Shown here: piece after piece, positions 1-10,300 of the stretch
How the letters are laid out: each line of letters starts with the position of its first letter
Position numbering within the stretch: position 1 is the stretch's first letter
Assembly (NCBI GenBank): GCA_965368975.1
Contig: CBDUPA010000009.1
Location: 128,001-192,000, forward strand
Origin: an uncultured bacterium
GTDB lineage: Bacteria > Acidobacteriota > Thermoanaerobaculia > Multivoradales > JAHZIX01
Length of the DNA: 64,000 nucleotides
Direction: 5' to 3'
Notes under the pieces: generated by a model
Told to the model about the DNA's origin: nothing
What the model saw: the letters and a program-made list of their open reading frames with translations, nothing else
The model's database searches: none
Translations under genes and position numbers: made by a program

Positions 1-802
1 CGCGCGTGTCTTCCAGTTCGAGCAACGTGCGGGCCAGCTCGACGACCGCCCAGCACTCGAAATAGACCGTGCGCCGGGCCAGCAGATCGTCTGCCGGTTC
101 CACCCGCGCGATCAGGTCTGGGTCTTCGCTCCAATCCACCCAGCCAACAGGACCGAAGAAGCCGATGGTGTCGTTCTTGACGGTGTAGCGCTGGACGTAC
201 TTGGCGACCAGCTCTTCCTTCTGGCGCTGGCCGCTGGAAGTGTCCGCCGGATCGGCGTCCAGCAGCTTGTGCAGCGCCGTCTTGTAGGCGTGGTGGTTCT
301 GCCACAGCACGGCCTCCTGGAAGCGCGCGTCAGCGGCGATGTCCTGCAGCCGTCGACTCTGCTCCGTGTGGGTCTGCGAGAAGGCCGCCTCGAAGGCGGC
401 CTGCGCCGCCGCTTCTTCGTCACGGGCAGCGACGACCGCGTCGACGGTAGCCGCCGCCAGGACCTCCGCGAGGCGCGCGTGCAGCTTGCCCTTCTTGAGC
501 TTCTCGAGCGACTTGAGCAACAGCTTGCGGCGCGGCTGGTTGGCGTCGCTGCGCTCCAACCCGTCGAGGCTCGCGCGCAGCGCGTCGCATGCCACTTCCT
601 GAGCGGCTGCCCGTCGCTGCCGTGCCTCTGCGAGGCGGTCGGCGGCGGCAGCGCACCCCGGGAAGCTCAAACGCTGCACCAGGGCCGTAGGAAAGCCGGT
701 GCCGCGCAGACCAGCCCAGCGCCAGGCTGTCCATTCATCGCGGAACGGTACGTGATTGCGAGGGACGGAAACCGTCACTGGACACTGCACTGGGCACTGC
801 AC
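1..802 (-). CDS. Lantibiotic dehydratase N-terminal-domain protein (short LanB / PEARL-like peptide aminoacyl-tRNA ligase), runs off the left edge
   Basis: Manual translation (not in the ORF track): WTAWRWAGLRGTGFP...FQEAVLWQN...KEELVAKYVQRYTVKNDTIGFFGPVGW...RRTVYFECWAV. YxQRYxxKNDTIGFFGP is typical of stand-alone LanB glutamylation-type domains. GGAGGA lies 7 nt before a GTG at 802; alternative GTG starts at 790 and 778. Confidence 0.8.
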   Translation of the reverse strand, partial: MQCPVQCPVTVSVPRNHVPFRDEWTAWRWAGLRGTGFPTALVQRLSFPGCAAAADRLAEARQRRAAAQEVACDALRASLDGLERSDANQPRRKLLLKSLEKLKKGKLHARLAEVLAAATVDAVVAARDEEAAAQAAFEAAFSQTHTEQSRRLQDIAADARFQEAVLWQNHHAYKTALHKLLDADPADTSSGQRQKEELVAKYVQRYTVKNDTIGFFGPVGWVDWSEDPDLIARVEPADDLLARRTVYFECWAVVELARTLLELEDTR

Positions 803-810
803 TGGGCACT
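776..810. repeat. 12-bp tandem repeat (CACTGGRCACTG, about 3 copies) over the start of the LanB-like gene
   Basis: cactggacactg cactgggcactg cactgggcact; each unit carries an in-frame GTG on the minus strand. Confidence 0.8.
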
Positions 811-883
811 CCTCCACAAGGTACGAACGAAAGCGTATCGACAGCTCAAATCAATGCCGCGGGGGGCAAAACAGGGCGCTAGC

Positions 884-3061
884 CTAACCCACTCGGAGTC
901 GAACATCCACCGCCAGACAGGCTTGCGGATCCTCGCTGGCCAGGAAGGGATTGATGTCCAGCTCGCGCACGGCCGGGTGGCGTTCGGCCAGCTGGGCCAA
1001 GCGCAGCAGCGTGTCCTCGAGCCGCGACAGGTCCACCGGCGCGTCGCCGCGCACGCCTTCGAGCAACGGGAAGCCGCGTATGCCACGGATCATCTCGCCC
1101 GCCTCGGGCGGGGCCAGTGGCGTGACACCGAAGCGGACGTCGTGGAAGACTTCGACGTAGCGGCCGCCGAGGCCGAACATCAGGAGCGGCCCGAAGCGCG
1201 GGTCGGTCGAGATGCCGAAAATCACCTCCCGGCCCCCATGCACCATGCGCTGCAGCAGGTACCCCTCGGCCTGCAGACCTGCCGCGGCCAGCTGCTGCGT
1301 CATGGTGGCGAGCGCTTGCTCGACGGCAGCCTCGTCGGCCAGGTCGACGGCCACCGCTCCCGCGTCACTCTTGTGCACCAGGCCCGGCACCTCCGCCTTC
1401 AGCACCAGCGGGAAACCGACGTCTCGCGCCGCGGCGACGACGGCATCGGCGGTGTCGACGATGCGCCACGGCGCCACCGGAATGCCGTACAGCTCGAGCA
1501 CGCGGAAGGCGTCGGCGGCGGGTAGGTAGCCGTCGCTGGTACCGGCCAGTAGCGCCGCCACCGCCGCATCGTCGACGTCGAAGGGCGCCGGCGCCGCCTG
1601 CGGCCGCTGGCGCCAGGCGGCATAGCGGGCCAGGTGAGCGAGGGCGCCAGCGGCATCCTCGGGGAAGTGGTAGATCGGCGGTAGATCGTGGCGGCCCTCG
1701 ATCTCTTCGTAGAACTCCTCGGTCGCCATCACCACGGCCAGCACAGGTTTACCCACGACTGGCTTGCCCACGACGGGCTTGCCGCTGGCGTCGTGGTACC
1801 GCGCACAGGCAGCGGCGACGGCTTCGATCACATCCTTGGGATTGGTGGCCAGCGGCGTGACGTTGATCACCATCACCAGGTCGACCTCGTCATCCTCCAA
1901 CACCACCTCGACGCTGCGGCCGTAGGCCTCGGCCCCAGCGGAGGCGATCATGTCGACCGGATTGGCCGTGCTCGCCTCCGGTGGCAGGAACGACGCCAGC
2001 TTCTGCCGGCTGGCTGGCGTCAGCGTCGCGATCTCCAACCCCAGGTTGACGGCGGCGTCCGTGGCCATGATGCCCGGCCCGCCGGCGTTGGTGACAATGG
2101 CCAGGCGGCGTCCACGTGGCAGGGGGCAGCAATCGAAGGCACGAGCGACATGGAACAGCTCGGCGATCGAACTGACGCGCTGCACGCCGCAGTGTTCGAG
2201 GAAGGTGGAGACGGTGAGATCGGTACCGGCCAGAGCGCCCGTGTGACTGCTGGCGGCGCGGGCCCCCTCGGCAGTGCGCCCCGACTTGACGATCAGGATC
2301 GGCTTGCGCCGGCTCACCCGCTTGGCAATCTCGGTGAAGCGGCGCGGGTTGCCGAACGACTCCAGGTACATGGCGATCACCCGCGTCGCCTCGTCTTCCT
2401 CCCAGTACTCCAGCAGGTCGTTGCCCGAGACGTCCGCCTTGTTGCCCACCGAGACGAACTGCGTCAAGCCGATGCCGAGATCCGCCGCAACGTTCAGGAT
2501 GGCGACGCCGAGGGCACCGGACTGGCTGACAAAGCCGATCGAACCGGCGCGTGCCGGCGGCGGCGCGAAGGTCGCGTTGAGCGACATCGACGGGTCGGTG
2601 TTGATCACCCCCATGCAATTCGGCCCCACCATGCGTACACCCGCCGCCCGCACCCGCTGCTGGAGCTGCCGCTCCAGCTCCGCGCCCTCCGCGCCCGTCT
2701 CACTGAACCCAGCGGTGATCACCACCAGGCCGCGCACCCCGGCGGCCAGGCAGTCCTCGAGAGCTTCCAGGACCCAGCGCCGCGGTACCACCAGGATGGC
2801 CAGGTCGACCGGATCCGGAATCGCCGCCACCGACGGGTAGCACTTCAGCGAGTGGATCACCTGCGCATTCGGATTGACCGGGAAGACGGCGCCCGAGAAC
2901 TCGTTGATCAGCAGGTTGTGCAGCAGCGCGAAGCCGATCGAGTCGGGATTGCGCGAAGCACCGACCACCGCCACGGAGCGGGGTTCGAAGATCGCCGCCA
3001 GGCCTTGCGAGCCGAGCATCGTCACTGCGGTGGGGTCGGCGGGATGAGCATCGCGCGTCAT
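884..3061 (-). CDS. Acetate/acyl-CoA ligase (ADP-forming), fused CoA-binding and ATP-grasp domains
   Basis: IFEPRSVAVVGAS, GPNCMG, SQSGALG, SVGNKAD, ASSHTGALAG, TNAGGPG, HKSDAGAV, DPRFGPLLMFGLGG, ELDINP. Confidence 0.92.
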   Translation of the reverse strand: MTRDAHPADPTAVTMLGSQGLAAIFEPRSVAVVGASRNPDSIGFALLHNLLINEFSGAVFPVNPNAQVIHSLKCYPSVAAIPDPVDLAILVVPRRWVLEALEDCLAAGVRGLVVITAGFSETGAEGAELERQLQQRVRAAGVRMVGPNCMGVINTDPSMSLNATFAPPPARAGSIGFVSQSGALGVAILNVAADLGIGLTQFVSVGNKADVSGNDLLEYWEEDEATRVIAMYLESFGNPRRFTEIAKRVSRRKPILIVKSGRTAEGARAASSHTGALAGTDLTVSTFLEHCGVQRVSSIAELFHVARAFDCCPLPRGRRLAIVTNAGGPGIMATDAAVNLGLEIATLTPASRQKLASFLPPEASTANPVDMIASAGAEAYGRSVEVVLEDDEVDLVMVINVTPLATNPKDVIEAVAAACARYHDASGKPVVGKPVVGKPVLAVVMATEEFYEEIEGRHDLPPIYHFPEDAAGALAHLARYAAWRQRPQAAPAPFDVDDAAVAALLAGTSDGYLPAADAFRVLELYGIPVAPWRIVDTADAVVAAARDVGFPLVLKAEVPGLVHKSDAGAVAVDLADEAAVEQALATMTQQLAAAGLQAEGYLLQRMVHGGREVIFGISTDPRFGPLLMFGLGGRYVEVFHDVRFGVTPLAPPEAGEMIRGIRGFPLLEGVRGDAPVDLSRLEDTLLRLAQLAERHPAVRELDINPFLASEDPQACLAVDVRLRVG

Positions 3062-3076
3062 GAAACGTCCTTCTCC

Positions 3077-4027
3077 TTAGCTATCGACGGGTGTGAGGCG
3101 GCTTGCGGGCATCAAGATCTGCAGCGCCGCCGGTGCGATGCGGAGGCGCACCGGTAGCTTCCAGGATAGTGGATCGCCGTCGAGTTGCAGCCGCACCCCC
3201 TCTGGGCCACGCAACCGCACCTCGCGCACTGTCGCACGTTCGAGGCCGGGCCGACCCCCGGCGACACCGAGCACCGTCGCCAGGGCGAGCTTGAGCGTCG
3301 ACCAGCGATCCCGCTGCCGCAGCAGGACGAGATCGAGCAGCCCGTCGTCCGGACGCGCGCGCGGCGCCAGCCGGAACGGCCCACCGTAGAGCGGTATGTT
3401 GCACACTGCGGCGAACGAGCCGGTCGCTGGCAACCCTGCCAGCGGCGGCTCCTGGTCCACCACCTCGACCTCGATCTCCGCATAGCTGTAGCGGCCCCAT
3501 TCGAGCAGCCCGCGCAGCAGCAGCCCACCGGCCCCGAAGGCGGCCTTCAGGCGGGCATTCTGCTGCGCCAGAATGTGGCCATCGAGCCCGGCGGAACACA
3601 TCATCAGGAACGGCTCCTCCCGCGACGCATCCGCCTCCGGCGCGCACAAACCGACGTCGAACGGCTGTGGCCGCAGCGCCCCAGCCTGCTCGGCGGCGCG
3701 CAGCGCATGGGCCGGCAGACCGAGGGCGCGCGGCAGCACGTTGGCGGTGCCCGCGGCCAGGATGCCGAGAGTGGTCGAGCTACCGAGCAGACCGCGCGCG
3801 GTCTCACGCTGGGTGCCGTCACCGCCGAGCGCGAAGGCGACCTCGGCCCCGGCCTCGACCGCCTCGCGTGCCAACCGCGTGGCGTCGCCCGGTCCCTGCG
3901 TCGGCCGGGGCTCGACGTCGAAGCCGGCCGCCCGCAGCAGACTCGGTAGCTGAAGCGCCAGGCGCCGCGCCCGACGACGGCCAGCCATCGGGTTGAAGAT
4001 CAGAACGGCGGGGCGTAGAGCAGTCAA
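3077..4027 (-). CDS. Diacylglycerol/lipid kinase family protein (YegS/DAGK-like)
   Basis: IFNPMAG, GGDGT, GTANVL, DDGLLD, QLDGD motifs. Confidence 0.88.
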   Translation of the reverse strand: MTALRPAVLIFNPMAGRRRARRLALQLPSLLRAAGFDVEPRPTQGPGDATRLAREAVEAGAEVAFALGGDGTQRETARGLLGSSTTLGILAAGTANVLPRALGLPAHALRAAEQAGALRPQPFDVGLCAPEADASREEPFLMMCSAGLDGHILAQQNARLKAAFGAGGLLLRGLLEWGRYSYAEIEVEVVDQEPPLAGLPATGSFAAVCNIPLYGGPFRLAPRARPDDGLLDLVLLRQRDRWSTLKLALATVLGVAGGRPGLERATVREVRLRGPEGVRLQLDGDPLSWKLPVRLRIAPAALQILMPASRLTPVDS

Positions 4028-4071
4028 CGTGGTGCTTCGCGCAATGGGTATCGGTCCGCAGCCGGGCCTTT

Positions 4072-5112
4072 TCAGTCTTCGAACAGGCTGCCCGTGGTGC
4101 CGGGACGCACCGGATAGCCAAGATGGCGGTAAGCCCGGCGCGTGGCGACACGGCCGCGTGGCGTGCGCTGCAGGAAACCTTCCTGGATCAGATAGGGCTC
4201 GTAGAAGTCCTCCAGCGTGCCGCGATCTTCCCCCACCGCCGCCGCCAGCGCCCGCAGGCCGGCCGGCCCACCGTCGTAGTGTTCGATCAGCACACTGAGG
4301 ATCTTGCGGTCCAGCTCGTCGAAGCCGAACTCGTCGACCTCCAGCAGTGCCAGCGCACTGCGGGCGGTTTCGAGATCCACCACACCGTCAGCCTCGACCT
4401 GGGCGAAGTCGCGCACGCGCCGCAGCAGGCGATTGGCGATACGCGGCGTGCCTCGGCTACGGCGCGCGATCTCCTCGGCACCCTCGGCCTCCATCGGGAT
4501 TTCCAGCAGACCGGCCGAACGGCGAACGATGGTCTCGAGGTCCGCCGGACTGTAGAAGTCCAGGCGCTGCACGATACCGAAGCGTGCGCGCAGCGGCGGC
4601 GAGATCATGCCCGCGCGCGTGGTCGCCCCCACCAGCGTGAAGCGTTGCAACGGCACCTCGATGGTCTGCGCCGCCGGCCCCTGGCCGATCACCAGGTCGA
4701 GGCGATAGTCCTCCAGCGCCGGATACAAGATCTCCTCGACCGTCGACCCCAGGCGATGGATCTCGTCGACGAACAGCACCTCCCCGGCCTCCAGGTTGGT
4801 CAGGATCGCGGCCAGGTCCCCGGCCTTCTCCAGCACCGGCCCCGAAGTGACGCGGATCGGCACATGCATCTCCTGAGCGACGATGTGCGCCAGCGTCGTC
4901 TTGCCCAGGCCCGGCGGCCCGAACAGCAGCACGTGATCCAGGGGCTCGCGGCGCTGCAAGGCAGCACGGATCGACACGTCGAGGTTATCCACGACCTTGG
5001 TCTGCCCAACGTACTCGTCGAGCAGACGCGGGCGCAGTGACGGCTCGGCGATCAGGTCGTCGTCGTGCGGCGCGCCGGACAGTAGGAAAGGATCGGGCTC
5101 CATCAAAGTCAT
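4072..5112 (-). CDS. ruvB: Holliday junction branch migration helicase RuvB
   Basis: [70 protein letters not shown]. Confidence 0.98.
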   Translation of the reverse strand: MTLMEPDPFLLSGAPHDDDLIAEPSLRPRLLDEYVGQTKVVDNLDVSIRAALQRREPLDHVLLFGPPGLGKTTLAHIVAQEMHVPIRVTSGPVLEKAGDLAAILTNLEAGEVLFVDEIHRLGSTVEEILYPALEDYRLDLVIGQGPAAQTIEVPLQRFTLVGATTRAGMISPPLRARFGIVQRLDFYSPADLETIVRRSAGLLEIPMEAEGAEEIARRSRGTPRIANRLLRRVRDFAQVEADGVVDLETARSALALLEVDEFGFDELDRKILSVLIEHYDGGPAGLRALAAAVGEDRGTLEDFYEPYLIQEGFLQRTPRGRVATRRAYRHLGYPVRPGTTGSLFED

Positions 5113-5126
5113 TCTACCCGCGGTGC

Positions 5127-6590
5127 TCAGGACTCCACGGGCGTGCTACGCAAGTACTCGACGAAGTTGCGCAGATGACGCAGCGCCCCCTCCCGCCCGT
5201 GCGCGGCCACCAGGTCGAACAGCGACGGCCCCGCCTTGCTGCCGCTGAGCGCCATGCGCGTCGGATGGATCAACACCCCAGCCTTGACGCCCAGCTCGTC
5301 GGCGGTGGCCCGCAGTGCTGTTTCCAGCGGCTCGACCTCGAAGGCGTCGAGCGCGGCGTAGGCATCGATCAGGCGTTCGACCTGCTCGGGCAGCTCGTCC
5401 TGCTTGAAGAACTTGGCGCACAGCTCGGCGTCGTAGTCCAGCCGCTCCTGGAAGTACGGCTTGACCACCTCGGCCAGTTCCGCCAGCGTGCGCGTGCGCG
5501 TGCGGTGCAGCTCGAGCGCCTGACGCAGTCGCGGCTGCTGCGCCTCGTCGAGATCGCCGAGACCGGCGGTGTCGAGGAAGGGCTGCAGGTAGGGCATCAG
5601 CTCGTCTAGCGGCTGGCCGGACATGTACTGCGCGTTCATCCAGCCCAGCTTGTCGACGTCGAACACCGCGGCCGAGCCGTTCAGTCGCTCGACGGTGAAC
5701 AGCTCGATCATCTGCTCGCGGCTCATCTGCTCCAGGTCGCCCCCCGGCGACCAGCCGAGCAGCGCCAGGTAGTTGTACAGCGCCGCTGGCAGCAGTCCCT
5801 GGTCGCGGAATTCCTCCACCGACGTCGCGCCGGTACGCTTGGACAGACGCTTCTTGTCCGGCCCCATGATCAGCGGTAGGTGGGCGAAGACCGGCGTCTC
5901 GGCAGCCAGCGCCCGGAACAGCTCGATGTGCTTGGGCGTGTTGGAGAGGTGATCCTCACCGCGGATGACGTGGCTGACCGTCATCTCGACGTCGTCGCAC
6001 ACCACCGACAGGTGGTAGGTGGGCGAACCATCGGAACGCAGGATGATGAAGTCGTCGAGGTTGGCCGCCGGGATCGTCATGTCGCCGCGCACCAGGTCGT
6101 GGAAGCAGACGTCCGCGTCGCCACTCTTGAAGCGCACCGCGTACGGTTCGCCCGAGTTCAGGCGCCGCTCGACCTCTTCCGGAGATGGCCGCTCGAACAG
6201 GTCCCGGTAGCGCGCCGGCTGGCTCGCCTTGACCGCCGCCTGCCGCCGCGCGTCCATCTCCTCCTGCGGCACCTGGCACGGATACGCCTTGCCCTCCGCC
6301 AGCAGCCGCTGCGCCGCCTCGCGGTGACGTTCGACGCCCTCGCTCTGCAGGAACGGCCCTTCGTCCCACTCGATGCCGATCCAGCGCAGGCCACCGCAGA
6401 TCTGCTCGATCATCGCCTGATCCGAACGCGCGCGGTCGGTGTCCTCGATGCGCAGAATGAACGCGCCGCCCAGGTTCTGTCGCAGCAGCTCGTTGTAGAT
6501 CGCGGTTCGGGCGCCGCCGACGTGGAGGAAACCAGTCGGCGACGGGGCGAAGCGGACGCGCACGGGTCCCCGCAGTGCGGTCTTGCTCAT
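5127..6590 (-). CDS. gltX: Glutamate--tRNA ligase
   Basis: [17 protein letters not shown] (HIGH motif), [24 protein letters not shown] (KMSKS equivalent). Confidence 0.97.
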   Translation of the reverse strand: MSKTALRGPVRVRFAPSPTGFLHVGGARTAIYNELLRQNLGGAFILRIEDTDRARSDQAMIEQICGGLRWIGIEWDEGPFLQSEGVERHREAAQRLLAEGKAYPCQVPQEEMDARRQAAVKASQPARYRDLFERPSPEEVERRLNSGEPYAVRFKSGDADVCFHDLVRGDMTIPAANLDDFIILRSDGSPTYHLSVVCDDVEMTVSHVIRGEDHLSNTPKHIELFRALAAETPVFAHLPLIMGPDKKRLSKRTGATSVEEFRDQGLLPAALYNYLALLGWSPGGDLEQMSREQMIELFTVERLNGSAAVFDVDKLGWMNAQYMSGQPLDELMPYLQPFLDTAGLGDLDEAQQPRLRQALELHRTRTRTLAELAEVVKPYFQERLDYDAELCAKFFKQDELPEQVERLIDAYAALDAFEVEPLETALRATADELGVKAGVLIHPTRMALSGSKAGPSLFDLVAAHGREGALRHLRNFVEYLRSTPVES

Positions 6591-6620
6591 GATGTCGTTT
6601 CTCCGAAGGGGGTTGTGAAA

Positions 6621-7226
6621 TCAGCCAGGAGTGGTGCTTGGACGCGCGCCGGTGGCCTCATGGGAAGGATCGTCGAGGTTGACACCGCGGCGCGAAAGCA
6701 ACCGGCGCAACCGACCATACAGCCCTTCCCCGAGCAGGCCGCGGCCGGCGGCAGTGAGATTTTGCAGCACGGAATGGAGGTCTTGCGAGCCGCTCCAGTG
6801 CTTGAGAGCATGGCGTTCCAGCTCTGGATCGAACGTATTCGCCAGCACCGCGATCGCCAGCACGAGGTCGTCCATGAACCCGGCCGGCCCAACCAGTGCC
6901 TCGGGCCACAGGTCGAACGGCAGGACGAAGTAGAGCAGCGCGCCCCCGATCAACGCGCGCGACCGCTCCGGCACCTCGCGGTCGAGCATCAGGCGCACCA
7001 GCAGCATGAAGACGTCCGGCACCAGCAGCAGCGCTTGCGCCGTCTGCTCCCCGAGCTTGCCGGCCTTCTTCTCGACGGTGCCGAGCACGCGCTGGCGCAG
7101 GCGGTCGTAGAAGTTGAGCAGCCGCGATTGCTGCAGCGCCGGCAGCTCGGAGGGGGCCGAGGTGGGCAGCAGTTCAGCGTCGAGGGGTTCGTCGAGTGGT
7201 CCGGCTGGGGCCGGGGTCGTGCTCAT
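6621..7226 (-). CDS. YkvA / DUF1232 family membrane protein
   Basis: LLLVPDVFMLLVRLMLD...ALLYFVLPFDLWPEALVGPAGFMDDL; ATG at 7226 chosen, because the longer ORF start overlaps the next gene. Confidence 0.8.
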   Translation of the reverse strand: MSTTPAPAGPLDEPLDAELLPTSAPSELPALQQSRLLNFYDRLRQRVLGTVEKKAGKLGEQTAQALLLVPDVFMLLVRLMLDREVPERSRALIGGALLYFVLPFDLWPEALVGPAGFMDDLVLAIAVLANTFDPELERHALKHWSGSQDLHSVLQNLTAAGRGLLGEGLYGRLRRLLSRRGVNLDDPSHEATGARPSTTPG

Positions 7227-7285
7227 CAGGACGATGGTACCACTGGGCGGGGGAGGGGGAGAGGGGCGTGCCGTTGCCCTCTGGT

Positions 7286-7312
7286 GTAGGGGTAGGCCCA
7301 TGTGCCTACCCT
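7286..7312 (+). repeat. GTAG-type REP-like palindrome at the left edge of the island
   Basis: GTAG followed by the stem GGGTAGGC-ccatgt-GCCTACCC. Confidence 0.5.
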
Positions 7313-7375
7313 GCGGCGACAGCCGCATCCGGATCCGGCCCCTGCCCCGCATCCGGTTAAGATGGGCGGCAGATC

Positions 7376-10300
7376 TTGGACGGAGAGGGAATCTTGGACT
7401 GTAAGCGTGAGACCGATGTTGTTGACTGGCGAGACATCCGTGGAAATAGGCATGCTTTCGACCGCTTTGTCGCGCTCTTGCACACTGGCGAGGCCATCGG
7501 ATTTGTCGGTGCTGGCGCGGGGGCCGGCCTGTATCCGCTGTGGCCAAAGCTGATCGAGCAGCTGGCTGATGCCGCGGTAGCGGCCGACGAGAGCAAGGCG
7601 GCTCTGAAGACCGCATGGTGTAGCAAGGACTTCGACCCCCTGCAAGCCGCTCAGCAGATCCGGGACTGCCTGGGAGAAGGCACTTTCGGGGAATGGATCC
7701 GAGGGATTTTCGGACCACGCGAGGGCACGGATGGCAAGCCCTACACCGCAACGCACGCGGCGCTAGCCCGCCTGGGCTTCAACGCCTTCGTAACCACCAA
7801 CTACGACCCCGCGCTCAAGCTCGCCTGCAGCGATGCAGGGCTGGGCAAGCTGGTGCAGGACTTCGACTGGCAGCACGACCGGGTCGGCCTGTGGTTGCAG
7901 GGTCAGCTCTCGACCGAGCGCGAGTTTTCGATCCTGCACGCGCACGGCAAGCATGACGACATCACGAGCGTGATCCTAGGCGCCAAGGATTACCGCCGAG
8001 CCTACGGTGATGAGCGTTACCAGGAGCTGTTCAAGCAGCTCTGGACGTGCCACCGCCTCGCTATCGTTGGTTTCAGCTTCGGTGACGCCTGGCTCAAGGT
8101 GATCGCAGACCAGGCACTCTCGAGTGTGGATGCAAGGAGGATCAGTGGGCCCCGGCACGTGGCCTTGTTGGGCTTGCCCGAGGAGCACATCAGCGCAGCC
8201 GAAGCCTACCGGGCTCAGGTCGAGGAGCCCTGGCACCTGCATGCACTCTTCTACCCGATCGTGACGAAGTCTGACGAGAACGGTGCGACCTACCCGGATC
8301 ACAGCGCCCTCGGCGATGTCTTGAAGAGGCTTCTCGGGGAGGTCGAAAGCCCCCGGGCGAAGGCAACGACCAAGGCTGCCAGACCCAAGACGGATCCCGA
8401 CCCGCTCGACGTCTGGTTCGGCCAGGTCGAAGCCGAACACCGCCGCCTCGGCGACCACTTCGACCGCCCTGCCGAGTTGCACCTGATCGAGCAGGCATGG
8501 GTCGAGGTCAAGGTCATGCCTGCCCACCAGGAGCGTCGAGACGTGCGGAGTGAGGATGTCGGAGACGGCAAGCTCCCCGGCCACCCAACGACGCTGGACA
8601 AGGTTCTCGATTGGCCCATCGGCTCGCCGAGCCGGAACGAGGGCCGGTGGCTGCTCGAAGGTCCGCCGGGCTCCGGCAAGACGACGCTACTGAGACACCT
8701 GGCAGCACGACTAGCACGAGGGAAGAGCCACGCTGCTATACCGGTCTTCGTCTCGCTCCCACGCCTGATCGAGACGGGACAGGAGCTTCTGACCCACGCC
8801 ACCGACGGCCTCGGCCTGGCCAACCTCTCCCCGGTGCGTGACGCTCTGGCGGCTGCTGGTCGAGCGGGTCGTCTCCTCTTGCTGCTCGATAGCTTCGACG
8901 AGATCCCACGCGAGCGCCGAGCCCCTGTGCGCCGACTTCTGACGCAGCTACGACAGGATGAAGCTTGGTCCAAGTGCAGGCTGGTTGTGAGCAGCCGGCC
9001 GATCGGGCGCGGCCAAGCGCTGGAAGAGCTACCACGACTCGACTTGTTACCTCTGGATTTTGGGCGGCGCCAGGAGTTCCTGGAGACCTGGTTCCGGTAT
9101 GCCGGCCAGCCTGAGTACCGCAGTGAGCCGGAGTGGACGCCTGAAGCGGAAGCAGCGCAGGCGATCACCTACCTCACGGATACCCGCGGCCTGCGAGACC
9201 TGAGCGGCATTCCGCTCTACCTGACCCTGCTGGCGGTGCTCTGGGAGCAGGGGGTACAACCCTCCGGCAGGCTGGCCGAGTTGTACGCCAAGATCTTCGA
9301 ACTGCTGCTCGATGGCGAGCATCGGCGCGAACCGCAGCCGATGCCAAACCAAGACGCTGTCCGCGAGGCGCTGCAGCACCTCGCCTTCGGCATGACCGAG
9401 GACGATTGCTGGGCCGAAGCGAAGAAGAAGCTCGAAGGGCGACTACGGACAGCGGAAGAGTTGTGTGATCGCTTGGGACTCGTTGCGGCCTGGAAGCGGA
9501 ATCTCTTCACCTTCCTAGACGACGTCCACGAACGGACGCAGATCCTCGGACCGCACGACGGCGGACGCGGTGACTGGCGTTTCTGGCACCGGACGTTCCG
9601 CGAAGCCCTTGCAGCGGAATGCCTGAAGGAGCATTACGCCGAGAGAGGGGACGGCGAGGCTCTGCTGGAGTGGGCTCGGCAACTGGAAGAAGGCGGCGAG
9701 GGTCGCTGGGGTGAGCCGCTGGCTTTGCTGGCAGGTGGGATGGATCATGCTGACGACCTGCTGTTGCAACTGGGCGAGGCAAACCCCAAGCTGGCGGTGC
9801 GTGCCGCGGTCTTCGCTCAGGGACTGAAGTCGGAGACGGTGCGGGCGACGCTGAACCTGACCGAGGGTGACCTGGACGAGCGCGCGCAGGTCTTCGAGAG
9901 CATCCCGGACCAACTCGGCGACCCCGACGCCTGCCTGGCGCTGGTGGAGCAGCTGCGACAGAAGGAGCGCAATGGCTTCGACCTCTTCTGGCTATGGTGG
10001 ATTGCCGAGGAAGCCGGGCGACGGTGGAAGGTGGAGTCGCGGGTGGCGGACGTGCTGGATCGGTTCTTCGAACACATCCCGGCACCGAAAGGTGCGGAGC
10101 TATTCCAGAGCGTCGAGTCCAAGCTGGATGGCCGGGTGCCGCTGTGGCGGGAGGTTCCGGAAGGAGAGGGATGGGTGGGGAGTCCGGAGGATGAGAAAGA
10201 GCGATGGGATTGGGAAGGACCGCGACACCAAGTGAGAATCGTCCGGCCATTCTGGCTCGGCTCGGTTCCGGTGACCAATGCACAGTACGCGGCCTTCGAT

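Noticed and set aside
5127-6590. gltX as a dedicated Glu-tRNA supplier for the LanB-like enzyme
   Set aside because: It looks like the ordinary housekeeping copy beside ruvB; proximity alone is not evidence.
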